64,000 nt of DNA, from contig JAAILG010000234.1 in NCBI GenBank assembly GCA_012026655.1, positions 1 to 64,000 on the forward strand. Reading direction: 5' to 3'. Positions 1 through 13,170 of the stretch are shown piece by piece. A program made the translations under genes and the position numbers. This DNA is from Hydrolagus affinis. Its lineage: Eukaryota. The notes under the pieces are model-generated. The model did not search any database. It was not told where the DNA came from and saw only the letters and a program-made list of their open reading frames with translations. The stretch's first letter is position 1, and each line of letters starts with the position of its first letter.

Positions 1-172
1 TGCACTAATGGTGGGGTGGGTGGGTCGGGGGACGTGGAGCAGGCTGGAGCCTGCTGAGCGGGTGAACCGGTGGGTTGGTAGGGGATTGGGAGGTCGTAGA
101 GGTAGGCTGAGGCAAAGCCATGGAGGAGTTTGAACGTGAGGACCAGGATCTTGAATTGAATCCTCTGGGTGA
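1..172 (-). mobile_element. L2/CR1-group LINE 3' fragment
   Basis: Reverse complement resembles the pyrimidine-rich LINE 3' pieces at 15160-15625 and 52990-53500 (shared 'ttcaagatcctg...ttcaaactcctccatggc' type sequence). Confidence 0.6.
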
Positions 173-1559
173 CAGTTTGATGTTTCACTTTATATCAACC
201 AGCTTCCAAAGCAAAGTTATTTCAATTCATTTTTTCTATGGTTAAATTCAACAATTTATGAGATTTCTTTAATACAGATAGTTTTGGAACCAAGTGTAAC
301 AATTACAGAATTAACATTAAGAGTGAGTTTACTCTACAAAAAAGATTGCTGAGTTATGCCAGTTGTGTAACTTGAGCTTAAATTGTGTGGAAGTTCCATA
401 GCTCTATATCTTCCTGCTGTGTATAGTGTTTACCAAATGTTTAAAGCAGATGTGTAGCACATATTGAGGGGGAAAACAGTAAGCAAATACTGCTGATAGG
501 AAGATTTAATGCAGCGGAAGACTCAAGCAGCAGTGGCGTGAAGCGGTTGTCTGACCATTGCTACTTGTGGGTGTTGCTATAGTGATGGGGAGCAAGAGAT
601 TAGTGCAGTTGTGCTGGATTTATGTTAAGCACACATAAGTTTCAAAGGCTGTCATTGTCTGTCTTGATGTATGTCAGCTGATGTGTCACAATACTTCAGG
701 GTTAAAAAGTAGTGCCAGTTCAACGTTTACATACATTCTGCAAATTACTGTTCCCAAGTAATTTATTTTTGGGGGTCGATCTTTTCACAAAAACTAACTA
801 CATAATGTTATAGCCTTGATATACTCTCGATACTGCAATTTCAATTCCAGTGAGCCATTCAGTAGATAATAAAGAGTCGGTACACTTTCCAACTATCAGA
901 AGTTTTATATCTTGGCACGGCATTTACTCATGAGGGAAATGATTGGCATATTGCAGATGGCCTAAAGAGCACAATAAGTTGTAAGATTTAGCTAATAGTT
1001 CAATTTCCTCATAAAATTATTCAGTTCTCGTAATTTTATCACCCTGCAGTTTCAGTCAGCGCACAATGTTGACCTGTTTCTTCTGCCCTCATCACTTGTG
1101 CTGTTTAATGTAGGTAATTGCTGCAAGGCAGCTGACTATTGGTTCAGTGAAACTGTTGTTCTCTCATCCCAGCCATTGGTTAATAAGAGTAGTTAAACAC
1201 ATCTGTTTCAACAGCTGGCAATTAGATGAATCTCTTTTACAGCCTTTTTTTTTAAACACCCAATCCATTAAATGTGCTGGAGGGGTGGAATTACACTGTT
1301 TACTTTTTGTTTTTTTACTTTCTGTAACTGCTTAATTGTCTTTAGATGCCACTCCTCTTTTCTCCCCTCAAGTTTTTTTTAAATAAATCCTTATTTTGAA
1401 GTTGGTTACCTTCTGAGTGTAAGAGTTTGCAAACACAAATTTATATATGACAGTGTTTAAGTAATGCAATTGAATAATAATATGTACATTTAATATAGTC
1501 CTCTATATGGTTGAAGCATGACAAAGGTCGTTCACAGCATTTTACTGTGAAGTGTACTA

Positions 1560-1872
1560 ACGGTATATAGGTGAAACCAGCAGCAAATTTGTGCAACACA
1601 ATGTCCCACAAACAACCATGAAGTGAATAATCAACTTTATTTGGGGGATTGTTGTCAGGACAGCGGGAGAAACAAACAGTATTCTCTTTTTGAAAAGTGC
1701 CATTAGATCTTTAACGTCCAACTAAACAAATTAACATCTTATCCGAAGGATGGCTCCTCTGACAATGCCAAATTCTCCCAGTACTGTACTCCAGTGCTAA
1801 CTTAGACATTGAGCTCAAAGTCCTATTGTGGAGCTTGAACCGATAACTTTCTGACTTGGAGACAAGAGGAGT
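1560..1872 (-). mobile_element. Old DeuSINE-type (SacSINE/AmnSINE-like) SINE
   Basis: Reverse complement has a tRNA-like head and a Deu-like core (…gatctaatggcacttttcaaaaagag…gtttgtgggacattgtgttgcacaaatttg…); similar to the copy at 11243-11655. Confidence 0.6.
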
Positions 1873-2289
1873 TTTGGAAATGAATATGTAAACAGCAAAA
1901 TATCACTTTATTGACTTTGTCTTATCTTTTAGATGGAAAGTGTTGCAGTGGTTCATCTGTATAATGTATAATTATACATAATGTATAATACAGTATAATG
2001 TTCCTGCCAGTATTTATTTTTCACCAGTGGTGGTACATAGTCAGTCACATAGTTGAGGAAAATAAGCTCCTGTAAGAAAATCACGTGATTTGACAAGGAG
2101 TGGTACAGTAATTGGAATTCCTACTGGCAGAGATAAATAACTTAGTTATATCTGTATATTTACAGGATTTCAGAATTATTCCAGTTTTGCGTACTAGTGT
2201 TGAACACCACATCATCAGGAAATCAGTGAAATTATTAAGATTCTGTAATGTACCTGTATAAGGAAATTCAGGGCATCTCTGATACCTAC

Positions 2290-2538
2290 AGCAGTTATAT
2301 GTGCACAGCAGTGTACAACAAACAGTCGTGGATTGAGTGCCCAAATTGTTATTATTTTTTAAGGAATTAGCAGAAAACCGATCTACCAATTGACTAACAA
2401 CCGGGTTCCTACTTACTGATAGGTAAACAGAGGCGTGTAAAGTAAGGAAACTTGCCTAACATTTCACCCTGCCAGGGAATCGAACCCATGCCCTCTCACT
2501 TGCAAGGCAAGTACTCTAACCGTTAAGCTACAGGACTC
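2290..2538 (-). mobile_element. tRNA-derived SINE, long variant
   Basis: Minus-strand head GAGTCCTGTAGCTTAACGGTTAGAG…GGTTCGATTCCC (A/B boxes), then the 'ccacgactgtttg…' core shared with other copies. Confidence 0.8.
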
Positions 2539-2740
2539 ATTACTTATTACTCAAGTAAGTAATGAGTAAGTAAGACCGATGTTTGAGCTAGCAAACAATG
2601 AATGCTTTCTTCGATGTAAATTGATGCACTGGGCTGATTGTTTAGTGCTTTTCAATGTGCATTTCTTTATTTAAGAAAATAAATGTGCAATCTAAATGCA
2701 TATTGTAATGAAATTAGACAAACATTTTTTTAATTTTCAG

Positions 2741-2835
2741 TCCCAACTTCTAGCAACACAGAGAGAAAGGGATGCTGCATTGCAGAGGTGTAAGAAGCAA
2801 CAAGAAGAAATTCAAATGCTCCAAGTTTATTACAG
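2741..2835 (+). CDS. MIPOL1: MIPOL1 internal coding exon (SQLLATQRERDAALQRCKKQQEEIQMLQVYY-S)
   Basis: ttttcag| acceptor, |gtaaac donor, phase 0 to 2. Peptide matches recalled MIPOL1 '…CKKLEEEIQTLRVYYS' and joins the 20073 exon in frame. Confidence 0.9.
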
Positions 2836-2983
2836 GTAAACTGCATCTTTTTACTTTTTTAGACAAACATTAATGCAATCAAGTCTGTAATCTGTGTTTC
2901 ATACTTTTTGGAAATGTATCCATTTCATTTTGGGGTGTCCCACAAACAGTCACTGATTGAGTGACGAAATTGTGCAAAAATGA

Positions 2984-3330
2984 TTGCTTTCTCCTCCTCC
3001 TTTCACAAACCACATCCTGTCCATATGTGACCAAGGCTCCCTCTGCCTCCTTGTCCTCTTCGACCCTCTCTGCTGCCTTCAACACCGTGGACCTCTCAAT
3101 CCTCCTCCACCGCCTCCTCTCATCTCAACCTTCAAGGTTCTGCCCTTGATTGGTTCACATCTTACCTCTCGCACAATCTCCAATTTGTCTCTACTAACGG
3201 TTTCTCTTCCAGCCTCCACACTGACTCGTGCTGTGTTCCTCAGGGCTCTATCCTTGGGCCCCTCCTCTTCAACCTTTACATGTCTTAGTGACATAATCCA
3301 CAGACATGGGATAAATTTCCATTACTGAAG
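2984..3330 (+). mobile_element. L2-clade LINE reverse transcriptase fragment (frameshifted)
   Basis: Translations '[24 protein letters not shown]' and degenerate '[11 protein letters not shown]' motifs are typical non-LTR RT. Confidence 0.8.
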
Positions 3331-4269
3331 ATATGCCTTATACCAAACAACAACAAAATTACATTTTTAGAGCACCTTTCGCGTCGGGAGGACATCCCAA
3401 GGCGCTGAACAGTCAGATTGGGACCCGAGCAAGGGGGAGAGGCAGACAACTGGGGAAGAGAAACCCGAGCCTATAGGAGTCCAACTGTCTCTCATAGGGA
3501 TGTTTTTTTCACTCTTTATAAACAGTGCTCTGTTGTTGAGTTCTATTATTCTTGTAAATACAAGGACTGTTGAATATACATAATTGTTTCATGTGATCCT
3601 CGTGGAAGTAACATATCTACAAAGATTATGACTATATTTTGCAGAAACATAGAAAGTACTCTGTGTAGACATTGTGTTTGTAGTTTTCAGGGTGTTTGAT
3701 ATTAGTATAACATATTCCCAGATCAAGTATAATATGAAATGGTCTACTTTGCCTAGCAATGTGCCGTAATCCAAATCTTAGAAAACCATTTCTGTTTCTC
3801 TTGAAAGATATACTTTTCAAACTGTCAGTTTGCACCAAGATACAGGAGCTGTCTGTGCCTGCTAGGATTAAAACTAACCTAGCATAGATCTTGAAAACAT
3901 GAATGTTTTGATCCTTCGTTACTTAATACATCAGTGTTGTGCATTGAGAATCATTGCACCAAACTGTTTGAAAAATTTAAAACCATAGTTCAATGTGTAG
4001 ATACAGACAAGGGTTTTTTATATGTCTATTTGCATTCCCCCATCGTCCCAAAGGCGACAAGCTACAGAATCTACAGTGTTAATGGCATTTTGAAGATTCT
4101 TGCTGATATTACAGATCTCAAGCTCATTTGCCAGAAAGAAGTAGACAAGCTCTGGTTAATATTTATCATTTATATGGGAACTATACCTGAGCTCTGGAAG
4201 ATAGTAAATATGATCCAACTATTCAAAAGCCTAAATTTAGGAATTATAAGCCATCTAGATTTGTGAGGC

Positions 4270-4500
4270 AAAAATGTTTAAGACCATTATGTTTGAAGCT
4301 ATCAATATTCATCTAAAGAACACAGAGGCCTTAAGCATTACTCAGCATAGATTTCGAAGCAATAGGTCATGTCTCACTAATCTGCTGGAATTCTTTGAGG
4401 AGGTAAGCAGACTGGAGGGTGTGGATGCAGACTATCTACTTTTTAGAAGGCAGTTGTTAAAGTTCTGCATGTGAGACTTTCAAAGAGGGTCAACACTGTT
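4270..4500 (+). mobile_element. CR1 LINE RT fragment
   Basis: Translation 'QHRFRSNRSCLTNLLEFFEEV…VDADYL' is the classic CR1 ORF2 motif. Confidence 0.85.
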
Positions 4501-5078
4501 GATATTAATGGCATAATAATGTAGCTGGTTTGATTTAAAATCGCCTGGTATTACCAAGCAGCCATAAATGGATTTAAGGAGAGTATATCTCATGATATTG
4601 TAAAAATTGTTGATACTAAATTGAGCATGAGAGTGGCAAATATAAAGAACGTACAAAGCGTTCAAAAAGATATGGATCTAAAGAATCACAGATCAATTTT
4701 AATATAATCAAATTTAAGATATGAGACCAAAATGATGAAAATTCACAGTGTTGAATGTCAAAGAAAAAAATTAGTATACTTTTGGTTTGAATTGCATTTG
4801 AAGTTGTTTTTGTCCATTTTGAAATTAATTTGAGCTTACATCTATTGTAACATGAAACACGGAATCCATGCACCTTAACAGGGTGTTCAACTGTTAAAGA
4901 TAATAATTGAACGGAATTTGGGAGTGATTATTGATTGACTACCAATTCCCAAAAGTTAGTACAGACCCAGGAAAACTGATATTTGTGTACAATAACTTTT
5001 CCAAAAAGAAAGACCTGGATAAATATCTGGTTCAGATATTTGGTTCTGGTTCAAAGGAAATAGGATGTTTTAGTAATA

Positions 5079-6050
5079 CCGTATATCTCCGCATATAAGG
5101 CGCACTTTTTTTCATGTCGTAAAGTGTCGAAAGAGGGGGGTNNNNNNNNNNNNNNNNNNNNNNNNNNNNNNNNNNNNNNNNNNNNNNNNNNNNNNNNNNN
5201 NNNNNNNNNNNNNNNNNNNNNNNNNNNNNNNNNNNNNNNNNTCCACGCTGGAGGAGATGCCGAAACTAAAGAAGGCGCTACGGAGAGGTACAGCGAAGTG
5301 GCCTGAACTGGAGGTGGAGCTCATCGCCTGGGTTCGAGAAAAACGGCTTGAGGGGCACGCTATCTCAACGGTAGCGCTTCGACTGAAGGCCAGGGCCATC
5401 GCTGACAGGGAGAGAATCATCGACTTTAAGGTGAGTGTTTCATGGGCTTACCGCTTCATGTCGCGGCACGGGCTATCCATTCGCCGACGCACACATATCG
5501 CCCAGCACTTGCCTGCCGACTTGGAGGAAAAGATGACCAGCTTCCAGCTTCCGTTATCGAGCTGCGCCGCCAGCACAACTACCCGCTCACCAGGATCGGC
5601 AACGCAGACCAGACGCCACTCACCTTCGATGTCCCCCGGAGCATTACCATCGCGGATACAGGGTCGAAGAGCGTGAGCATCTCGACGACTGGCCACAAGA
5701 AGGACCGCTTCACGGTAATGCTGGGCTGCACCGCCGATGGAGGAAAGCTGCCACCGTATGCGACGACAGCGACGCCGACCTACTATACTCGGATTCAGAT
5801 GAGGAACTTCGTGAGGTATTTGACGAGGCGACCGACGACTAGGATTTCCCGAATATAGCATAAAAGCTTTATACACCAACGGCCCTTTTCAGGGCCACCA
5901 AATAACAAAAAGAGTAACAGGAAAATGATAAAAAATGATAGAAAATGGTCGAAAAAATACGGCAGCAAAAAATTTTTTTTGCCACATGGTGGTCAAAAGC
6001 GGGGGGTGCGCCTTATACGCGGGTGCACCTTATACGCGGAGATATACAGG
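5079..6050 (+). mobile_element. pogo-superfamily (POGK/Passer-like) DNA transposon, internally deleted and frameshifted
   Basis: TA|CCGTATATCTCCGCATATAAGGCGCAC … GTGCACCTTATACGCGGAGATATACAGG|TA terminal inverted repeats with TA target site. ORFs encode a CENP-B-type HTH (WPELEVELIAWV…WAYRFMSRHGLSIRRRT) and the start of a DDE domain (IGNADQTPL…TGHKKDRFTVMLGCTADGGKLPPY). Confidence 0.9.
5142..5241. other. Assembly gap (100 N)
   Basis: Run of N. Confidence 1.
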
Positions 6051-8047
6051 TAGATATAGAATGACATAATCAAATGCAACCTATCAATTGTGGATAACTT
6101 TAAACAAAAAGTAAAATACACGGGTTATGATGCAGATTCCTATCTTTATGCACATTTTTCAAATGATAAACAGTACAACTGCCCCTTAATAATCTTCATA
6201 AGACAGCTTTGCTAATAATGCCTATCTGCCAATATGCAATGGACATTTGAGTTTAGGGACTGATCAATTTATACCTCCTAAGTGGTAGAGGGATGAGGTT
6301 TGTGATGTGTGTGGTTCATGCAGCACTAGGGCTTCAAAAAGATGATGGGAAGTTAATAGTTTCTCACCAGTATCTCTCATTACTGAAACACTTCAAGTTA
6401 TAAGATCAGCATCAATTTAAATTGGCCTCCAACTCCTTTTTACACCTCCTAACAATGTAACACTCACACCCTTATGTGAATGGAATGTTTTGTTGCAATA
6501 AAACAAGAAAGGAAAAAGAACAGTCAAGAGTTAGATTTTCATTCTTAGTTAGCACACAAACATAGTAATTAAAAGTGTTTGTTCTGTTGGCACGTTTAGT
6601 AATTTCATTTCCCACAGAATTAACTTATCACACATGTGAAGTAACACTATGTTGGGATGGATCTGCCTTATTTATATTGCCATATAGATTCCACAGCAAC
6701 CAGAATAAATACTACTTTTCTTCTAAAGTGTTTCCCTGTGACTTTATTTCTGACCACTATACCTTACCTGGTGAATAGACAAGATTCACAAATGCCAACA
6801 AGTAAAACAAACTTGACGCGCACGTGTGGTCAAAGTCCATTTACCAGAGTCACTAACAAAACCATGTCTCATCTATAGGTAGGTCTCAGCCTCCACATAA
6901 AGCAGCACTATCTCATTTACAACATTGATGTAGTGCTGAATTAATTTCAAATGTGTTATACAAACAGGACCAGTGCCAAAAGAGTAAACAGTATTTAACC
7001 AGTTACCAGGAGTTCCTGCCAGTCTTTCACCACTCTTGCAAAATATCTTCATAAATCTATTGACTCAACACAGCTTGTGAGTTGTGGGTCTTTCACACTT
7101 GTGCATGAACTCCTAGAGCTCATATCAGTGATGATATATTTTCCATTTGAGTTAACTCTCACTCTTCAGCTACAAGTTCACATATCCTATAAGCAGTATT
7201 TATGCGAAATAAATGCATTTGCTCCAGTTTCAGTTTTAGTGTGGGCATCAAATTCCTTCTACTTTTACCAACTTTGAGATAGTTTAATGTCAATCATTTT
7301 AATGTAAACAGCCTAATTCCAATCCCCGCTAACACCCTGTATGTGTAATTATAATTGGATTTCCTCTGAAACTAGTTTAATACATTTCAAAGAGGATGAA
7401 ATGAGAATTAGGTATGTGACTTGAGTCCGAAAGCTTTTTAATTTTTATGGTAGATATGCCACGGAGCTTTCACTGGTTTGATGTTTGATGCAATTTTTTT
7501 GTCAAACCAGTACCAGCTGTGCTGCATAGTGCATTGAGTCCAGTATAAGTTGGGGTTAGTGGTGTGAGACCACCTTGAAGACCCAGTCTCACACCCTTGA
7601 GTCTTGCATAGGCTGCAGGTGGTCCAAAGCAAGCTTTTTAAAGATGTATTTTAAGTGAAAGACTTTTAAGATTTCAAAAATAGTAAAGTGCCTACAGGAC
7701 TATTGACTCTTTAATAATGTTAATAATTGACCAGCATTCGTGTGCTGGTTTAGAGAATGTGGATACGTGCACATTGGTGTGCATGTGCAGAGCTCCAAAT
7801 GACTTTTACTTGCCTCGAGGAGAAAGTGATATGGAGTTGGCAGTAAAGTACCAGTCTTTCGGCTCGTTCCACTGCACTACAGGCGCCATACTGGATCAGC
7901 ACTTGTAATATAAGAAAATGTGTTAATATTTGGCCTAATTTCAGCCTGCTTATTCCATAACTGCACATCTGTATTACCTGTGAGTTTGTACCCGATTAAC
8001 ACTCAAATCACCAGTCCATATCAAGTGAACATATAAGTTTCTTAAAA

Positions 8048-8245
8048 ACAAAACACAAGATACTGCAGATGTTGGAAGTCTGAAACAAAAACAGAAATTG
8101 CTGGGAACACTCAGCAGGTCAGGCAGCATCTGTGGAGAAAGGAAAGTGTGTCAATGTTTCGGGTCCGCGACCGTTTATCAGTTCTATCCTTTCTTCATAG
8201 ATGCTGCCTGACCTGCTGAGTGTTCCCATTGATTTGTGTTTTTGA
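8048..8245. mobile_element. Palindromic Penelope-like-derived repeat (shark type)
   Basis: TGGGAACACTCAGCAGGTCAGGCAGCATCT (8102-8131) is the inverted repeat of AGATGCTGCCTGACCTGCTGAGTGTTCCCA (8199-8228); a second partial copy lies at about 36277-36370. Confidence 0.65.
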
Positions 8246-10138
8246 TATAAGTTTCTTTCCTCCCTATGCTGAGCATTCAACCTTTCCACAACAATTTAAT
8301 TTGTTCTCGGCAACTGAAACCTTCACATATTTTGGAGATAATACAGTATTAAGTATGTTCATTTCATTATTGTTATAGTCTCGGGACTCTACATCAGTGC
8401 CTTGGTCCTCCCAACATGAAAGGCACTCCATAAATATAACTTTGTTGTTGTTGTAGAGTGGTTGGGAAAGATGGGCAACTATGAGCAATAACAGGTAGGA
8501 TCTGGCAGAGGGAGAATGTTGTGATGGTGAGGTTTTTCAGTATTATTGTGGGGTCGGGGGAGGCATAGTTATGATACATGTTATATTAAAGTAGCAGAAT
8601 GGAAAGCATCTACTTAACCTAAAGTTTTTTTCTTTAGCACACAAGTTTTTTTTAAAAAGACCTGGAATGCCCCATTGCCCAAGTTCAGTACTGTATTATA
8701 CTTTTAACCGATTGATTGAGACCTGCATAAACATTGTGCTTAACTTGCCTACTTTTAACCTTTGCTACAGTCATTGTGAATCCTACATGAAAAATGTAAT
8801 CCTGGCAAAAGAATCACATGGAAAGAAAAAATTGCCTGAGAGGTATTTGCATATTTCAACAAAGAAAACCAAAGGCATTGTTATTTGGACAATTGACTGT
8901 GAATGCAATAGTGGAAAAGATTAACTCATTCACTGCATTCTCCCCTTGTAATGTCACTTGGTATCCTTGTTGCTGCAATAATGATGCCATCTGGTATATC
9001 CTTGGGAACAGAGGCTCGACCAGGAAGCAGGTCAAATTGTGCTTTTGGTTTGTGAAAGTAGTTAATAATGCTTTATACATAAATAGGACATTTGCTTGCT
9101 TACTATTTTGAAATACAAATACGCTGTTTCAGGTATTATCAAAATTAATTTAATTAAGTTTAACCAAATTAGTTAAATTTAGATCAAGTAAAATCATAAT
9201 TTTATGAGTAACCCTAACTGAATGCATTTGTATTTTTGTTGTTGCACAAACTTAAGCTGATCACCCCTGCCTATTCATTTGCAACAGCATTGACTTTCAG
9301 TAAGGGGTTACATATATCTTCAATGAATCAGGAATGTGATATACTGTACTTTGTTCATGGATTTCAATTTATTTTTAATATTGCACCCAATGCTTCCTGG
9401 TGTTTACCAATATTTGCCAGCTACAGACAAGAGGGAAGAATTACTGAGGAGTCTCCATAGCCAGTCATCAGCAAGTTGATAAGAGATGTGCTTCATTACA
9501 GTTGGATTGGCCCAACCAGTTTTTCCTCATCATTTAGGAACAGACAAAGTCCAGTATTGCTACACAATTCTCTAATTTAGTATTCAAAATAAAAAGTGGC
9601 AGTTTCATGAATTGAATGCAACTGAACTTGAATTCTAGTTAAAACAGAATGAAAATCAGATACCCAGGCTATGTATTTGTTGGTAAACTAGTACTGCAGT
9701 TCTGGACCATTATATATACACAGGTATATGTTTAATTTTACAATCATCACATATTATACCCCACAATAACAAAAATCAATGTTTAATTCATGACTTATAA
9801 ATATTGTTTTATTTTATCTGTCCTGTTAACACCCACATGTTAGTAGAAGCGTGTTTAAGTCTGCAAAGCTCCTCACCATCATATTCACAGCCACAATTTA
9901 GTTTTTTTCAGTCGAAGCTCAATAAAATGCTGACCTTGTCTGTGTCTCCTCGTGACACATGTTCCTCAAATTAATTGATTGGAGAGACAAGTTGTAGTAA
10001 ATTTGAAGAAATCTGGCTTGTCCACTTAGCTTAGAAAATGCATAGAATAGAATTGGAGATTTTATCACATCTGGTTTTTAAAGAAAATCTCTGAAATTCA
10101 TACTTTTTTCCAACAAATTATTTCCATGATATCCATAT

Positions 10139-10448
10139 GGAGTCCTGTAGCTTAGTGGTTAGAGCACTCGCCTTACAAGCGTGAGACCTGTGTTCGAATC
10201 CAGGCAGGTCAGGGCGAAACTTTGGGCAAGTTTCCTCTCTCCACATGCCTAATAATAATCCCTCCAAAAAAAACACAATAAGAAAAATTGATCACTTCAA
10301 TCCACGACTGTTTGTGGGACACTGCTCTGGGCCTTGTTTTGCCCACAAATATTCAATCAATTCACTTTACAGTATACTATATTCTGTGAGGCACTTTGAG
10401 ATGTCTGGAATATGTGAAAAGCACTATCAAATGCAAGGATTATTATCA
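10139..10448 (+). mobile_element. Full-length tRNA-derived SINE with Deu-like 3' part
   Basis: GGAGTCCTGTAGCTTAGTGGTTAGAGCACTCGCCTTACAAGCG…GTTCGAATCC head and (ATT)n tail; close copies at 27801, 28463, 55780 and 59712. Confidence 0.9.
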
Positions 10449-11242
10449 TAACAAGCATTGGGGACACATTTCAGTTAACAGATCCACAAACCGCTTCACT
10501 GACTATCAAAACTTTGTACTAATCAGCGGAGGCAATGTAATATTAATTGAATGATCAAGCAGTGAGAAAAAAGCACACAAAATAAAAAAGATATAATTTA
10601 GAATATAGTAATAAATAATAATACTTGCATTTTATATAGTGCCTTAATCAGTCACTGAGATCCATCAAAGTGTTTCACAGAATATATTGTAAAGAGGATA
10701 GACTCTATATTTTGTGAAAATTAAGGGTTTGATTCTAATTTTTGCCTTAAGGATAGGTGTGCCTTTGCAAATAAATGTATTTCTATAATATATGTGCACT
10801 ACACGTAGAAGTGGTTCTCATCGAGCTAAACTGGTTGAAAATCTCAAATGTACACAAAGGCCTGATAAATAGTGAAGGTTTATGATTCAAATATTTGATA
10901 TCCTTTGAAAAGGATATTTGTGTTGGTTGCTAGCATGTCATCAGGTGATGTGCAAGTATGGCATCTTCAAATAGCCTGCAGATGTATTGAAGTCAAATTA
11001 AGTCAGTATAGCAGCATTTGCTGTGAGTATGCCTGTAGCAATTGTCTTCAGATGAGCAATTGGCACAGAGGTAGTTTCTGAATCAGAAGGGTATGGGTTC
11101 AAGACCGATATCGGGATTTGGAATCACATAGTCTAACATGACTTTTTGTCCACGATTAAAATGCAATGATAGATAGACAAGTTTTGGCAATGTGTGTTAA
11201 CCGCTTCATGATGATTTACCACATTAATTCTGTACTGGTTTC

Positions 11243-11655
11243 AGCCTGGTGGCTCATTTGATAGCACTTTCGCCTCTGAGTCAAACGTTGTGGGTTAAAG
11301 CTCCGTTTTGGGACTTTGAACTTACAATATAGGGTGACACTCAAAATGCAATACTCGCTGTATTGTTGGAGATGCTGTCCTTTGGATGAGAGGTGAAACC
11401 CATATCTCATCTGCCTGTTCGGCGGATGTTAAGGATTCCATGGCACTGTTTGAAAAGAGAAGGGAGTGTCTCCCAGTGTCCCCAGATAAAATTGTTTATT
11501 CACCTCATTCCTGTTTGTGGGATATTGCTGTGTGCAAATTTGTTACTGTGTTTGCCTACAAAATTCAATTATGACATTTTACGGTAAATCCTATGAAGCA
11601 ATTTGAGACATTCTCCCAACATGAAAGAAGCTATATGAAATGCAAAAGTTATTTT
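11243..11655 (+). mobile_element. Old DeuSINE-type SINE
   Basis: tRNA-like head, Deu-like core 'ggatgttaaggattccatggcactgtttgaaaagag…ctgtttgtgggatattgctgtgtgcaaatt', and LINE-like tail. Confidence 0.7.
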
Positions 11656-13170
11656 ATTTTTGATTATTGTTAGTTCAATCATTAATTGGGAAATATTGTT
11701 AAAGTGACAGTTAATGCATAGTATTGCAATTCATTATTAACAGACAGCAGAACAGGTCTGTATTCCTCAACTTCAATTCATTTTAGGTTTTAAGTGGGAT
11801 TAGGAAAGGTTCATTTACATTTTATCAAACATTTAACTGGAACATGGACATAGTATAGAAACATACACAAAAGTTAACTGGTAAATGTCCTGTCAATTGA
11901 ATGTAACCAAAACCTTTTCAGTATTTTCTAGCCAACAAACCATATGGCCAAGTCTAATTGTAATGCAATTTTATGGGAAATTGCTGTCTCTATGTTCTCC
12001 TGTTTACTCTTTAGAACAGACTACATTACACTCCACTGGGTTTCCAGGACACTTCTGTCGTAAACACAAAAGATATGAGACCAACAGAACACTATGTGTA
12101 TAGCCCTCGAGAACGATATTGCAAAACTCTGTCACTATAATTTATGGTGGTGGTCATGCGTTATATAAATTGAAAGTAAAACATCTTATATTTTACATGA
12201 ATATATACCTTTTGACAATTTACAAAATGCAAGTCTTTTATTTCGGATGTTTAACATACCTTCTTTTAAAACAAAAGGCATGTTTAACCTCCCTTTGATC
12301 CTCCAGTGCAAGAATGGGTCAGAAGTTCACTTGTAGGTAGGGCAGACCAACTACGATCGAGAGCATATTTTGTAGAAACACTTGATTAATTAGACCACAT
12401 GTTTTTACCGCATTTTTAGCAAGAGCTTGCTTAGCAGGTTTATCCAGTGATTTTTTTTAAAAGAAAACTAAAAATGATGACTGACTTTGGGACATTAATG
12501 CAGAGAGGCCCTCCTTTGCCTCCCCTCCCCCCCACCTCCCATCCACACATACAACCTCTAATAATGGTTTATTAGAGGTTATTGATCATATTTGGTGTTT
12601 TTGTGTAAAAGAAACCAATTCTTATTAAATGTGTTTACATACAAAGTTTTTTTTTCATAATTAGTAATAATGGCCCCTGTTTGGGCCCAATTGTCTTAAA
12701 ACTGTTCCATCCAGAGCTCACGCAGATCTTTCGATGTTTTGCCATTGACAACACTGCAGTATGATATTAATATGATCTTTTATGTACTATGGTGCAATTC
12801 ATTTACCTTGCTTAATTCCACATTAGTAAAGGTATAAATAGGTACAGAGAAAAGTCGGGAAGATAGAATTAAACAATTTCTCCCGATCGAATAATAAACT
12901 GGTTGAACAAGCTTCGTGGCTCAAAATGATCTTCTGTTCCTATTGCCCTATTTTTTTTACATTTTAATAATATACCTAAACATATTACATAGCTTCAAAT
13001 GTCATTGACATAACAGTAGCTAACATAATGAGTATCCTCTTAAAAATATACCACAAAAATCATAATTACATTTTTTCTTCACTTATAGTTGATTTCAAAA
13101 TAATGCATTAAAACATTAGTACCAATGATTTTGTTGGAAAGGCATCAATAAGGTATTAAAGTACATAATA

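Noticed and set aside
5257-5858. Domesticated POGK/TIGD-type host gene
   Set aside because: Frameshifted, DDE domain truncated, and still bounded by TIRs.
10139-10215. tRNA-Val-like gene
   Set aside because: It is the head of a multi-copy SINE, continues into SINE body, and has no proper acceptor stem.
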